Made by a program: the position numbers and the translations under genes
Sequence record: OP793496.1
Source of the DNA: Pseudomonas phage vB_PseudoP-SA22
Direction: 5' to 3' (one strand)
DNA: 45,458 nucleotides
The notes under the pieces: generated by a model
The model's database searches: none
Told to the model about the DNA's origin: nothing
Seen by the model: only the letters and a program-made list of their open reading frames with translations
Part shown: positions 1-8,521 of the stretch, one piece after another
How positions within the stretch are numbered: position 1 is the stretch's first letter
How the letters are laid out: the number at the start of each line of letters is the position of its first letter

Positions 1-55
1 CCTTGATCTGCACGATACGCTCGTCGTGCTCTTCCAGTTGGCCCTTGTCTATGGC
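1..55. repeat. Terminal identical segment (copy 1); nt 1-55 equal nt 45404-45458. Circular closure/assembly overlap or short terminal redundancy
   Basis: Direct comparison of the first and last 55 nt of the window: identical. Confidence 0.9.
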
Positions 56-448
56 GCGTTGGATCTTGGCACGGAAGGCTGCGATGGCCGCGTCGAGGGA
101 GAACTCGTCGGCCACGTCACGTTCCTTGCGATACCCGAACCACGGCTTTTCGGTTGCACGCTCCAGGTTGGTGGTCTTGCTGCCGTCGTACACGAAGGGG
201 AATTCCGCCGACTTGGTCTTGTCCGACTGAGCCTTGATCTTGCCGTGATCGATGAACCACGCGGCCAGGGCGTTGCGACGGGAGCCCTTGGGCATGGCCT
301 TGAACAGCTTGCACGCCAGCGAAACCTCGCCGTGCTCTTCGATGTGCTTGAGGATATCCAGGCCGGTGGTTTGGATCAGCTTATCCAGGGACGCACCACG
401 CTGGGCGATGGTCTTGATGATGCCGTTGATACGCTTGTAGTCGCTCAT
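2..448 (-). CDS. Early hypothetical protein, about 161 aa. The gene crosses the window junction: ATG at 448-446, body runs down to nt 1, C-terminal 11 codons continue at 45403..45369 (stop 45369-45371)
   Basis: Manual minus-strand translation MSDYKRINGIIKTIAQRG...ERIVQIKVLKFEEPTKAA*. Uninterrupted reading frame across the 55-nt repeat. Directly follows upstream gene 452..757 (4-nt spacing). Confidence 0.6.
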   Translation of the reverse strand, partial: MSDYKRINGIIKTIAQRGASLDKLIQTTGLDILKHIEEHGEVSLACKLFKAMPKGSRRNALAAWFIDHGKIKAQSDKTKSAEFPFVYDGSKTTNLERATEKPWFGYRKERDVADEFSLDAAIAAFRAKIQRAIDKGQLEEHDERIVQIK

Positions 449-451
449 AAC

Positions 452-757
452 TTATACCTCGGGTTTGATGTGGGTGACGGGGGAGTTCTTGCACTTGCTA
501 GGCTTGTACCAATTGCGCAGCTTAGTGTCCTCGCGGTTACGCCAATCGGTATTCATCAGAGCCTTGCGCTTGCGTGCTCCAGCCTTTTCCTGTAGGGAAA
601 CATACTTGCTGTCCAGGATCTTGTTACAATTGGAAATAATCCCGAACTTCTGTTCTGCCCGCTGCTGAGCTTTGCCAAGATGCCCAATGTTGATACCTTG
701 AGCACGAGCCTTGCGGCTAGCCTTGCGGCGCAGCTTCTTATCCAAAGCAGCGTTCAT
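452..757 (-). CDS. First early gene; very basic 101-aa protein (Lys/Arg-rich)
   Basis: ORF track; first ORF downstream of the tandem leftward promoters. Confidence 0.5.
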   Translation of the reverse strand: MNAALDKKLRRKASRKARAQGINIGHLGKAQQRAEQKFGIISNCNKILDSKYVSLQEKAGARKRKALMNTDWRNREDTKLRNWYKPSKCKNSPVTHIKPEV

Positions 758-1191
758 CGTTTCATCCTTTTGGAATCATCAGCCGGGACACGCATCCCGA
801 TACGATAAAGGGGTTAGTCGGCAAACCTTGGCATTGGCGTAGCCGGCCCCTTTCCGCGTTAGTATCGCTGTTATGGTCTGTCCTCTGGCTATCCTCGGGA
901 GTCTTCGTGTCTACTCGTCCCTACCTTCGCCAGTATCTACCAAGCTTCGCCCTCTGCGCTAAGCCATTGATACTAACCCAACATACTGTCCATCACGATT
1001 CCACCATGGACTCTGCTAATTGTTTACGCTGGAGCAGGCAACCAGTCGGAAAGTCATAAGGCAGCGACTTTCAAAGCCAGCGCTCTAAAGGAGTATGCGC
1101 TATTCCCTCAGCTTTCGGGTTTCTCCCTTGTTCAGTCCAAGGACCGTCGAAGGTACACTTTCCCCAGGTGGCCGTCACCTGATGGGTGCCC

Positions 1192-1220
1192 ATGTTAGAG
1201 CCGTGGGCTTGGCTTGTCAA
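1192..1220 (-). promoter_or_regulatory. Candidate leftward early promoter (TTGACA-17-TAACAT); weaker -10
   Basis: Minus-strand reading ggTTGACAagccaagcccacggctcTAACAT. Confidence 0.35.
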
Positions 1221-1350
1221 CCCTCTGACGGGGGTTAGTTCGTCCGGTTCTCCGGCATAGGCTCTTTTGCTGAGTGGCCATCAGTCTTACTTGTCAAGGC
1301 TACGCTAATCCCGAGGGAGTCATGCACGTTATGCCGTTGACGTGGGGCGA

Positions 1351-1379
1351 ACTATACCGCTTCACCGATCCCTTGTCAA
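1351..1379 (-). promoter_or_regulatory. Leftward early promoter TTGACA-17-TATAGT
   Basis: Minus strand ggTTGACAagggatcggtgaagcggTATAGT; exact 17-nt spacer. Confidence 0.55.
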
Positions 1380-1493
1380 CCCCCGATACCTGCCGGCTTT
1401 ACACTTGGGTGACTTGGGCGCTCTTCCTTGGTTGGCAGCCCCCGGATAGCACTGCGGCAAGGGGGATGGTGGCCTAGGTAGAACGTGGGGGCC

Positions 1494-1522
1494 ATTAGAC
1501 CCGGTTCCGCGGGGTTTGTCAA
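1494..1522 (-). promoter_or_regulatory. Leftward early promoter TTGACA-17-TCTAAT
   Basis: Minus strand cTTGACAaaccccgcggaaccgggTCTAAT. Confidence 0.5.
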
Positions 1523-2035
1523 GCCCCTGGGGTTTCCCCCGTTGCCTATTGGTTTCCCTCAAGGCGGCGCCATTACGCCATATTCTTTACGGGGTTGTCT
1601 ACTGGTTTTTTATACAGTCTATGGACTATCAGTCCCCCAGCAAACCCCCGGATATAGACAGTCTTTGATTAACATAGGGTATCGTGGGATGTCAATAGGG
1701 GATCAAGGGATATTCCCCCCGATCCACCCCCTGAATACCCTAAGATTTTTCTTATGAATACCCTAGGGTCCACCCGATGAACGGTATCCCAAGGGGTTGA
1801 CCCCCGGACTAGCCTTATGGTATCCTGGGGGAGCCCTAGGGGCTAGTACCCCTGGGAGAGGGCCACCCCAACGTTAGCCTGGGGGACTCTGGGGGGATAT
1901 TCCCCAGATACACCGGAGGATAAAATAGACTTTTGGGGTAACCCCCGGTTATAGGACCTGGATCAAAGGCAACCTCCGATACCTGTTGGTATATTACTGG
2001 ATAAAGGGGCAATAGGCCAGGACATAGCAAACAGA

Positions 2036-2063
2036 GGTAGTCTTAGGGTATACCTATAGAACC
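2036..2063. repeat. 28-nt direct repeat copy 1 (GGTAGTCTTAGGGTATACCTATAGAACC)
   Basis: Exact 28/28 match with 2114..2141. Confidence 0.85.
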
Positions 2064-2113
2064 TGGATCAGAGGAACCCTATGCCACTTACCCCTTACCA
2101 GCAACCTACGAAG

Positions 2114-2141
2114 GGTAGTCTTAGGGTATACCTATAGAACC
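2114..2141. repeat. 28-nt direct repeat copy 2
   Basis: Exact match with 2036..2063; 78-nt spacing. Confidence 0.85.
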
Positions 2142-2198
2142 CTATCATACCGTTCGTCGGGTAAATCGTGTGATTATCAAAGAAATATCAAAAAGTAC

Positions 2199-2227
2199 TT
2201 GACAAGGTATCCAAAATGTAGTATAAT
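2199..2227 (+). promoter_or_regulatory. Perfect-consensus sigma70 promoter TTGACA-17-TATAAT
   Basis: cTTGACAaggtatccaaaatgtagTATAATag; downstream leader conserved with the 17.06-kb promoter. Confidence 0.8.
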
Positions 2228-2393
2228 AGACCTATAGGCTCTTAAGATTCCTTCTTCCTTTTGACTTACTTACTAAGAAGGTTAGTTACCTTAAGGTTAT
2301 CTTAAGATAGTCTTAAGAACCCCTTTCCCATTCCAGCAAAACCCCTAACAAATCCGGGTCTTGCGACTAAAAATAAAAAAGATGAAAAGGGGC

Positions 2394-2422
2394 TTGACAA
2401 AATAGAAAAAGTGTGATATAAT
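2394..2422 (+). promoter_or_regulatory. Perfect-consensus sigma70 promoter with extended -10 (TGTGaTATAAT), 40 nt upstream of the tRNA cluster
   Basis: cTTGACAaaatagaaaaagtgtgaTATAATag. Confidence 0.8.
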
Positions 2423-2460
2423 AGTATTATAAGGTTGAGAAATTAACCTTAAGAATTCAT

Positions 2461-2536
2461 TGGGATGTAGCTCAGTTGGTAGAGCAGGGAGCTGTTAACT
2501 CTCAGGTCGTAGGTTCGAGCCCTGCCATCCCAGCCA
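2461..2536 (+). tRNA. tRNA-Asn (anticodon GTT)
   Basis: Hand-folded cloverleaf: acceptor tgggatg/catccca, D arm gctc-agttggta-gagc, anticodon loop cuGUUaa, T arm gtagg-ttcgagc-cctgc, discriminator G, encoded CCA. Confidence 0.85.
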
Positions 2537-2540
2537 TTAT

Positions 2541-2616
2541 GGCCCATTAACTCAGCGGTTAGAGTGCTCCCCTGTCTAGGGAGAAGCCGTCGGTTCGAAT
2601 CCGACATGGGTCGCCA
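2541..2616 (+). tRNA. tRNA-Asp (anticodon GTC); position 37 is U, which is unusual
   Basis: Acceptor ggcccat/atgggtc, D stem actc/gagt, anticodon stem ctccc/gggag with loop cuGUCua, T arm gtcgg-ttcgaat-ccgac, encoded CCA. Confidence 0.75.
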
Positions 2617-2621
2617 ACAAA

Positions 2622-2708
2622 GGTCGTTGTAGAGGTAGATGGCTACTACCATCCGGTTGTAACCCGGACGCCTTAGGCTAGAGGTTCAATTCCTTCCTTC
2701 GACCACCA
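2622..2708 (+). tRNA. tRNA-Tyr-like (anticodon GTA), type-II with long variable arm; acceptor stem has two T:T mismatches
   Basis: Anticodon arm tccgg-uuGUAac-ccgga; variable arm cGCCttaGGCt; T loop ggttcaattcc; 3' end gaccaCCA; 87 nt. Acceptor 5' ggtcgtt vs 3' ttcgacc pairs only 5/7. Confidence 0.5.
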
Positions 2709-2712
2709 TTAA

Positions 2713-2789
2713 CTCCTCGTAGCTCAGTTGGTTAGAGTGCCTGTCTTGGACACAGGAGGTCGTAGGTTCGAGTCCTACCGGGGTGACCA
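2713..2789 (+). tRNA. tRNA-Pro (anticodon TGG)
   Basis: D arm gctc-agttggtt-agagt, anticodon stem cctgt/acagg with loop cuUGGac, T arm gtagg-ttcgagt-cctac, acceptor ctcctcg/cggggtg (one mismatch, one G:U), encoded CCA. Confidence 0.75.
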
Positions 2790-2811
2790 TTTAGAGAGAT
2801 CGGAGCAGTGT

Positions 2812-3270
2812 ATGTCAGACGAAAAGGTTGTCTCGATTGGGGCTGCTCCTCTTTCTGCTAAAGAAAAGCTAGACCTCTATTGTGAGGCTCTGGCAGATGG
2901 TATGAACAAAACCCAAGCATATATAGCCGCTGGGTTCTCTCCTAATCATGCGCAACGCAACGTAGCTGCATACCATCGAAAGCATGCCGAATACATCAAC
3001 GCCTTTATCTCTGAGCGCATCGGGAGTCATGTCCCCATGGCGCTTCGTGTGGTTGTAGAGATCGCTAGCAACCCAGAAGAGAAAGGTGGGATTCGTCTCA
3101 AGGCGGCCCAGGATATCCTGGATCGTGGAGGCTTCGGAGCTAAGCAGAAACTGGAGCTTACTACTAAGAATGTGGAAGATATGTCCGCAGAGGATCTAAT
3201 CAGTGAAGTTCGACGAATTCTCGACGAAGAGCCAGAGTTGGCTAAAGTCATTTCTTTCCCAACCTCTTAA
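2812..3270 (+). CDS. Terminase small subunit (Terminase_2-type N-terminal HTH). The track ORF 2728..3270 overlaps tRNA-Pro; start re-set to the ATG at 2812 preceded by GGAG
   Basis: MSDEKVVSIGAAP...LDLYCEALADGMNKTQAYIAAGFSPNHAQRNVAAYHRKHAEYINAFISERIG is a typical TerS DNA-binding region. Lies immediately upstream of TerL. Confidence 0.7.
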   Translation: MSDEKVVSIGAAPLSAKEKLDLYCEALADGMNKTQAYIAAGFSPNHAQRNVAAYHRKHAEYINAFISERIGSHVPMALRVVVEIASNPEEKGGIRLKAAQDILDRGGFGAKQKLELTTKNVEDMSAEDLISEVRRILDEEPELAKVISFPTS

Positions 3271-3700
3271 GTACTTTGATCTAATCAAGCGAAGAGAGGG
3301 GTTGGTACTAAAGTGGTACAAAGACTCCCTCGGGAAGATAACTGGTGGTTATGGCCACTTGCAACTCCCTGGGGAAGACGGACCGATTACCCTAGCACGA
3401 GCAGAGACTTGGCTAGAGAAAGATAGTAAGGCAGCCTATGATGCAGCCCAAGGGCAAGTATCTCAGCTGCCTTTTTGCACTCCAGAACTATTCGATGCCC
3501 TCGTTAGCGTCAACTTCCAGCTGGGTACAGCGTGGACGAAGAAGTTCCCCAAGACGTGGAATCTTCTGAAATCAGGAAGGTTTGATGAGGCTGCATGGGA
3601 GGCAGAGGATAGCCTCTGGGCTAAACAAACTCCAGTGCGCGTAAGGGACCTCCAACGGGCCCTCTGGCGTGCATCAACAGTAGGTGACAAGGTGGTCTAA
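3203..3700 (+). CDS. GH24 (T4-type) lysozyme. The only in-frame start overlaps the TerS 3' end by 68 nt
   Basis: REGLVLKWYKDSLGKITGGYGH matches the catalytic Glu-containing E...Y.D..G..TIGyGH motif of phage lysozymes. Confidence 0.7.
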   Translation: MKFDEFSTKSQSWLKSFLSQPLKYFDLIKRREGLVLKWYKDSLGKITGGYGHLQLPGEDGPITLARAETWLEKDSKAAYDAAQGQVSQLPFCTPELFDALVSVNFQLGTAWTKKFPKTWNLLKSGRFDEAAWEAEDSLWAKQTPVRVRDLQRALWRASTVGDKVV

Positions 3701-5148
3701 TGGATACCCAAGAGCGGCTACGGAATCTAGTCAGGGAGTTGGCGGAGCGGCAGAAGTATTTCCGCATGAACCAGTATACTCCTTATGGGTGGCAAGAGAA
3801 GTTTATCGCAGCTTCCTCGAACTGCGCCCAGTTGCTGGCTATGACTGGTAACCGCTGTGGTAAAACCTACACCGGGGCCTTTATCATGGCCTGCCACCTC
3901 ACCGGTCGCTACCCTGAGTGGTGGACTGGTAGAAAGTATGATCGTCCAGTGAACTGCTGGGCGGCGGGGATCTCCACGGATACCACTCGGGATATTCTTC
4001 AGTCAGAACTACTAGGTGACTGGAAGAACCCTGAGGCTTTTGGAACGGGGATGATCCCCAAGGAAGATATCGTAGAGACGATTCGTAGGGAAGGTAAACC
4101 CGGATGTGTGCAAGCAGTAGTTGTTAAGCACGCCTCCGGGGGCCTCTCGTCCCTCATATTCAAGTCCTACGAAATGTCCCAGGACAAATTCATGGGTACT
4201 GCCATCGACGTCATCTGGCTCGATGAGGAATGCCCCAAGGATATTTATACCCAGTGTGTAACCCGAACGGCTACTACTGGGGGTATTGTATATCTGACGT
4301 TTACCCCAGAGCATGGTCTGACGGAGATCGTCAAGGACTTCCTCCAGGATCTTAAACCTGGTCAGTTCCTTGTCCATGCAAGCTGGGAAGATGCCCCACA
4401 CCTCAGTCCAGAAGTTAAAGAGCAGCTACTCTCGGTATACTCTCCAGCAGAACGCAGGATGAGGGCCGAGGGTGTTCCTATGCTCGGCTCTGGTGTAGTC
4501 TTCCCCATTCTGGAAGAGAAGTTCGTATGTGAGCCCTTTGATATCCCGGATCACTTCCACAGGATCATCGGTATCGACCTGGGGTTTGACCACCCCAACG
4601 CTATCGCTTGTGTAGCCTGGGATGCAGAGAAGGACAAGTATTACCTGTATGATGAACGAAGTGAATCTGGCGAAACCCTCGGTATGCACGCTGATGCTAT
4701 CTACCTCAAGGGTGGTCACCAGATCCCTGTAGTAGTCCCCCACGATGCGTTTAAGCATGATGGAGCTACCTCAGGTCGCCGCTTCGTAGACCTCCTGAAG
4801 GATGACCACAACCTCAACGTTGTTTATGAACCCTTCAGTAACCCACCAGGTCCTGATGGTAAGCATGGGGGCAACTCTGTAGAGTTTGGCGTCAACTGGA
4901 TGCTTACTCGTATGGAGAATGGGGATCTCAAGGTATTCAATACTTGTACTAACTTCCTCAAAGAAATGAAGATGTACCACCGTAAGGACGGTAAGATTGT
5001 GGACCGTAATGATGACATGATCTCAGCAACTCGGTATGCCCTTCTGATGGCTTCCCGTCATGCTCGCCCCGGTGCTGTACGCAACAGTGGATACTACAGG
5101 AGTGATACTGCAAAGTTGATCCCTGATTGGTTTGGGAGTATTGTCTAA
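3700..5148 (+). CDS. Terminase large subunit (ATPase + nuclease)
   Basis: Walker A GNRCGKTYTG, Walker B VIWLDEE, 482 aa; start overlaps lysozyme stop (TAATG); followed directly by portal. Confidence 0.9.
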   Translation: MDTQERLRNLVRELAERQKYFRMNQYTPYGWQEKFIAASSNCAQLLAMTGNRCGKTYTGAFIMACHLTGRYPEWWTGRKYDRPVNCWAAGISTDTTRDILQSELLGDWKNPEAFGTGMIPKEDIVETIRREGKPGCVQAVVVKHASGGLSSLIFKSYEMSQDKFMGTAIDVIWLDEECPKDIYTQCVTRTATTGGIVYLTFTPEHGLTEIVKDFLQDLKPGQFLVHASWEDAPHLSPEVKEQLLSVYSPAERRMRAEGVPMLGSGVVFPILEEKFVCEPFDIPDHFHRIIGIDLGFDHPNAIACVAWDAEKDKYYLYDERSESGETLGMHADAIYLKGGHQIPVVVPHDAFKHDGATSGRRFVDLLKDDHNLNVVYEPFSNPPGPDGKHGGNSVEFGVNWMLTRMENGDLKVFNTCTNFLKEMKMYHRKDGKIVDRNDDMISATRYALLMASRHARPGAVRNSGYYRSDTAKLIPDWFGSIV

Positions 5149-7266
5149 ATGGCTAAGCGTCGTAAGATCAAGCCAATGGATGATGAACAGGTACTTCGTC
5201 ATCTAGACCAACTTGTGAATGACGCTCTAGACTTCAACTCTTCGGAACTATCCAAGCAACGTTCTGAGGCCCTAAAGTATTACTTTGGTGAGCCCTTCGG
5301 TAATGAACGCCCTGGTAAGTCCGGGATTGTATCTAGGGACGTCCAAGAGACCGTAGATTGGATTATGCCTTCTCTTATGAAGGTGTTCACGTCTGGTGGT
5401 CAAGTAGTTAAATATGAGCCTGATACTGCCGAGGATGTTGAGCAGGCAGAGCAAGAGACTGAGTATGTGAACTACCTCTTCATGCGTAAGAATGAGGGGT
5501 TCAAGGTAATGTTCGACTGGTTCCAAGACACCCTCATGATGAAGACTGGGGTTGTTAAGGTCTATGTAGAAGAGGTCCTGAACCCTACCTTCGAACGATT
5601 CTCTGGTCTCTCTGAGGAAATGGTAGCGGATATCCTGGCTGATCCAGACACTGAGATTCTAGCACAGAGTGTGGACGAGGATGGAACCTACAGCATTAAA
5701 ATTCGCAAGGACAAGAAGAAGCGAGAGATTAAGGTCACCTGTATCAAGCCTGAGAACTTCCTGGTTGATCGGTTGGCTACCTGTATCGATGATGCTCGCT
5801 TCCTTTGTCACCGAGAGAAGTACACTGTAAGCGACCTACGGCTCCTGGGGGTTCCCGAGGATGTACTGGATGAGCTTCCATACGATGAGTATGAGTTCTC
5901 TGATAGTCAGCCAGAAAGGTTGGTACGTGATAACTTCGATATGACTGGCCAACTCCAGTACAACTCTGGGGATGATGCTGAAGCCAACCGTGAGGTATGG
6001 GCCTCTGAGTGCTACACCCTTCTGGACGTAGATGGGGATGGTATCTCTGAGTTGCGCCGTATCCTGTACGTGGGCGACTACATCATCAGCAACGAGCCTT
6101 GGGATTGCCGTCCCTTCGCTGACCTGAATGCCTATCGAATTGCCCATAAGTTCCACGGGATGAGTGTCTACGATAAGATCCGAGACATTCAAGAGATCCG
6201 TTCGGTGCTCATGCGCAACATCATGGACAACATCTACCGGACCAACCAAGGGCGCTCTGTAGTCCTGGATGGACAGGTTAACCTCGAAGACTTGCTGACC
6301 AATGAGGCAGCGGGTATCGTTCGGGTTAAGGCCATGAACTCTATCATGCCTCTGGAGACTCCACAGCTGTCTGGGGAAGTCTACGGTATGCTAGATCGTC
6401 TAGAGGCAGACAGGGGTAAGCGGACAGGTATCACTGACCGTACCCGAGGCCTAGATCAAAACACCCTACACTCTAACCAAGCGGCTATGAGTGTGAACCA
6501 GTTGATGACTGCTGCTGAGCAACAGATTGACTTGATTGCCCGGATGTTTGCAGAGACTGGTGTTAAGCGTTTGTTCCAACTTCTGCATGACCATGCCATT
6601 AAGTACCAGAATCAGGAAGAGGTCTTCCAGCTACGAGGCAAGTGGGTTGCTATTAACCCTGCCAACTGGCGAGAGAGATCCGATCTGACGGTTACCGTTG
6701 GTATTGGCAACATGAACAAAGACCAGCAGATGCTCCACCTTATGCGTATCTGGGAAATGGCCCAGGCTGTAGTAGGGGGTGGTGGTCTCGGGGTCCTAGT
6801 CTCTGAGCAGAACCTTTATAACATCCTTAAGGAAGTCACAGAGAACGCTGGGTATAAAGACCCGGATCGCTTCTGGACTAACCCGGATTCCCCTGAAGCT
6901 CAACGGGCTAAGGCCATCAGAGAGCAGAAGGAAGCACAACCTAAGCCTGAAGATATCAAAGCCCAAGCTGATGCCCAACGTGCCCAATCGGACGCTATGG
7001 CTAAGCAAGCGGAGGCTCAGATGAAGCAGGTAGAGGCTCAGATCCGACTGGCTGAGATCGAACTGAAGAAGCAAGAGGCTGTCCTTCAGCAGAGAGAAAT
7101 GGCCCTTAAGGAAGCGGAACTACAACTTGAGCGTGATCGTTTCACTTGGGAACGGGCTCGTAACGAAGCGGAGTATCATCTTGAGGCTACTCAGGCTCGG
7201 GCTGCTTATATCGGAGACGGTAAGGTACCTGAGACTAAGAAGCCCGCTAAGGCAGTGAGGAAATAA
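5149..7266 (+). CDS. Portal protein with long C-terminal coiled-coil barrel
   Basis: 705 aa, position between TerL and scaffold; C-terminal 120 aa Ala/Gln/Glu heptads (AQADAQRAQSDAMAKQAEAQMKQVEAQIRLAEIELKK). Confidence 0.8.
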   Translation: MAKRRKIKPMDDEQVLRHLDQLVNDALDFNSSELSKQRSEALKYYFGEPFGNERPGKSGIVSRDVQETVDWIMPSLMKVFTSGGQVVKYEPDTAEDVEQAEQETEYVNYLFMRKNEGFKVMFDWFQDTLMMKTGVVKVYVEEVLNPTFERFSGLSEEMVADILADPDTEILAQSVDEDGTYSIKIRKDKKKREIKVTCIKPENFLVDRLATCIDDARFLCHREKYTVSDLRLLGVPEDVLDELPYDEYEFSDSQPERLVRDNFDMTGQLQYNSGDDAEANREVWASECYTLLDVDGDGISELRRILYVGDYIISNEPWDCRPFADLNAYRIAHKFHGMSVYDKIRDIQEIRSVLMRNIMDNIYRTNQGRSVVLDGQVNLEDLLTNEAAGIVRVKAMNSIMPLETPQLSGEVYGMLDRLEADRGKRTGITDRTRGLDQNTLHSNQAAMSVNQLMTAAEQQIDLIARMFAETGVKRLFQLLHDHAIKYQNQEEVFQLRGKWVAINPANWRERSDLTVTVGIGNMNKDQQMLHLMRIWEMAQAVVGGGGLGVLVSEQNLYNILKEVTENAGYKDPDRFWTNPDSPEAQRAKAIREQKEAQPKPEDIKAQADAQRAQSDAMAKQAEAQMKQVEAQIRLAEIELKKQEAVLQQREMALKEAELQLERDRFTWERARNEAEYHLEATQARAAYIGDGKVPETKKPAKAVRK

Positions 7267-7268
7267 TC

Positions 7269-7511
7269 TTGGGAGAACGTTTTGGCTATAGTCTAGTGCT
7301 GACTGATGCGGCACAACAGATGGTACGTGAGAACGTTCTTCCTGAGCTTTTCCGTATTGTCCAAGAAGAGATCGAGGGAGAGTGGAAGTCTACGGCACCT
7401 AAGGATTCAGAGTCCAGGGAGGCCATCTACCACGAACTACATGCCCTCAACCGCGTACAACTTCGTATTCAGGCTATCCTGGATTCGATCACTCTAAAGG
7501 AGTATAAGTAA
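7269..7511 (+). CDS. Small hypothetical protein (possible TTG start with GAGGA SD; first ATG at 7321)
   Basis: ORF track; fills the portal-scaffold gap. Confidence 0.4.
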   Translation: MGERFGYSLVLTDAAQQMVRENVLPELFRIVQEEIEGEWKSTAPKDSESREAIYHELHALNRVQLRIQAILDSITLKEYK

Positions 7512-8503
7512 TGGACCTTGAGAATCAAGGCATGGATGAATTCGAGGCAGCGGAAGCCTTCGGAGATTTGCTAGGTGATGACCTCCTGGCCCCCGGTGAT
7601 GAAACCGTGGATGGTAAAGTCGTAGGGGAAGAAGAGGAGGAAGAGGTAGTAGACGAAGGTACTCCAGAGGACACCGAAGAGGTTGAGTCCGAGGAGGAAG
7701 AAGAGGGTTCTGAGGAAGATCCCGAGGTTGAGTCCGAGGAAGATCCTGAGGATAAACTCTTCGAGATCCCGATTGGGGATGAAGTCTACGAGGTTAACTT
7801 CGAAGAGCTTAAGAGTGGCTACCTTCGCAATGAAGAGTTCGTAACTCGACAAGCTGAACTAGAGGATCAGTATGCAGCTAAATTCGAAGAGCTTGATGCT
7901 GAACGCTCTAATCTACTGGCCGAGCTTGAGCAGTATGCTGTTACCGCTATTGCTGGTGCTAATCAGTATGACAATGTAAACTGGGAGCAGCTTAAGGCCC
8001 AGGATCCAGAGAAGTATCAAACCCTTCGACTGGAAGCCTTGGAAGCCCGAGACCGAGCCCAGGCTCTTATCAAACGTCGTAACGACATTAAGGCTATGCA
8101 AGAGAAGCGAGCCGAGATTGTCCACTCTGCCTACGTTAAGCGTCAGACAGAGCTAGCCAAGAAGCTTATCCCGGAAATGACTACGGATGAGTCTTGGGGT
8201 GACAAGATTGTGTCCTACGGCAAATCGATTGGATACTCCGAGGATGAGATCCGAGGGATATCTGATGCCCGCCAACTGGCTGTACTCGATGCAGCACGTA
8301 AGTGGGCTGAATCTCAGGTCCGTCGCAAGGCTGCCCTAGAGAAGAAGGAGGAGACTGAACTACCTGCCGCAGTTAAACCTGCTGCTCGTAGGGCGGAAGC
8401 CTCAGAGGGTTCTAAGCGGGTTAAAGCTGCCCGCGCTAATCTGAGGAAAGACCAGTCGGTTGAAGCCGCTGCTGCTCTCTTCTCCTCTCTCGATATTTTC
8501 TAA
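7511..8503 (+). CDS. Scaffolding protein
   Basis: Highly acidic N-terminus (EEEEEEVVDEGTPEDTEEVESEEEEEGSEEDPE), long coiled coil, immediately upstream of the capsid gene. Confidence 0.75.
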   Translation: MDLENQGMDEFEAAEAFGDLLGDDLLAPGDETVDGKVVGEEEEEEVVDEGTPEDTEEVESEEEEEGSEEDPEVESEEDPEDKLFEIPIGDEVYEVNFEELKSGYLRNEEFVTRQAELEDQYAAKFEELDAERSNLLAELEQYAVTAIAGANQYDNVNWEQLKAQDPEKYQTLRLEALEARDRAQALIKRRNDIKAMQEKRAEIVHSAYVKRQTELAKKLIPEMTTDESWGDKIVSYGKSIGYSEDEIRGISDARQLAVLDAARKWAESQVRRKAALEKKEETELPAAVKPAARRAEASEGSKRVKAARANLRKDQSVEAAAALFSSLDIF

Positions 8504-8521
8504 TAGAAGGAAACGTAACTT

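Noticed and set aside
3-595. Plus-strand ORFs 3..230 and 26..595 (75 and 189 aa)
   Set aside because: Antisense to the junction-spanning minus-strand early gene, which is co-directional and spaced 4 nt from the upstream early gene; the plus frames are Ala/Leu/Gly-rich GC-frame artefacts without SD sequences.
1274-2030. Short ORFs in the 0.8-2.2-kb region (1274..1477, 1362..1562, 1485..1757, 1836..2030)
   Set aside because: Overlap promoter/repeat elements, have Pro/Gly-rich low-complexity products, no ribosome-binding sites; the region is better explained as regulatory or packaging DNA.
2622-2708. Third tRNA as a non-functional pseudo-tRNA
   Set aside because: Considered because of two acceptor-stem mismatches. 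Kept as a tRNA-Tyr-like gene because the anticodon arm, long variable arm, T loop and encoded CCA are all canonical; flagged with reduced confidence instead.
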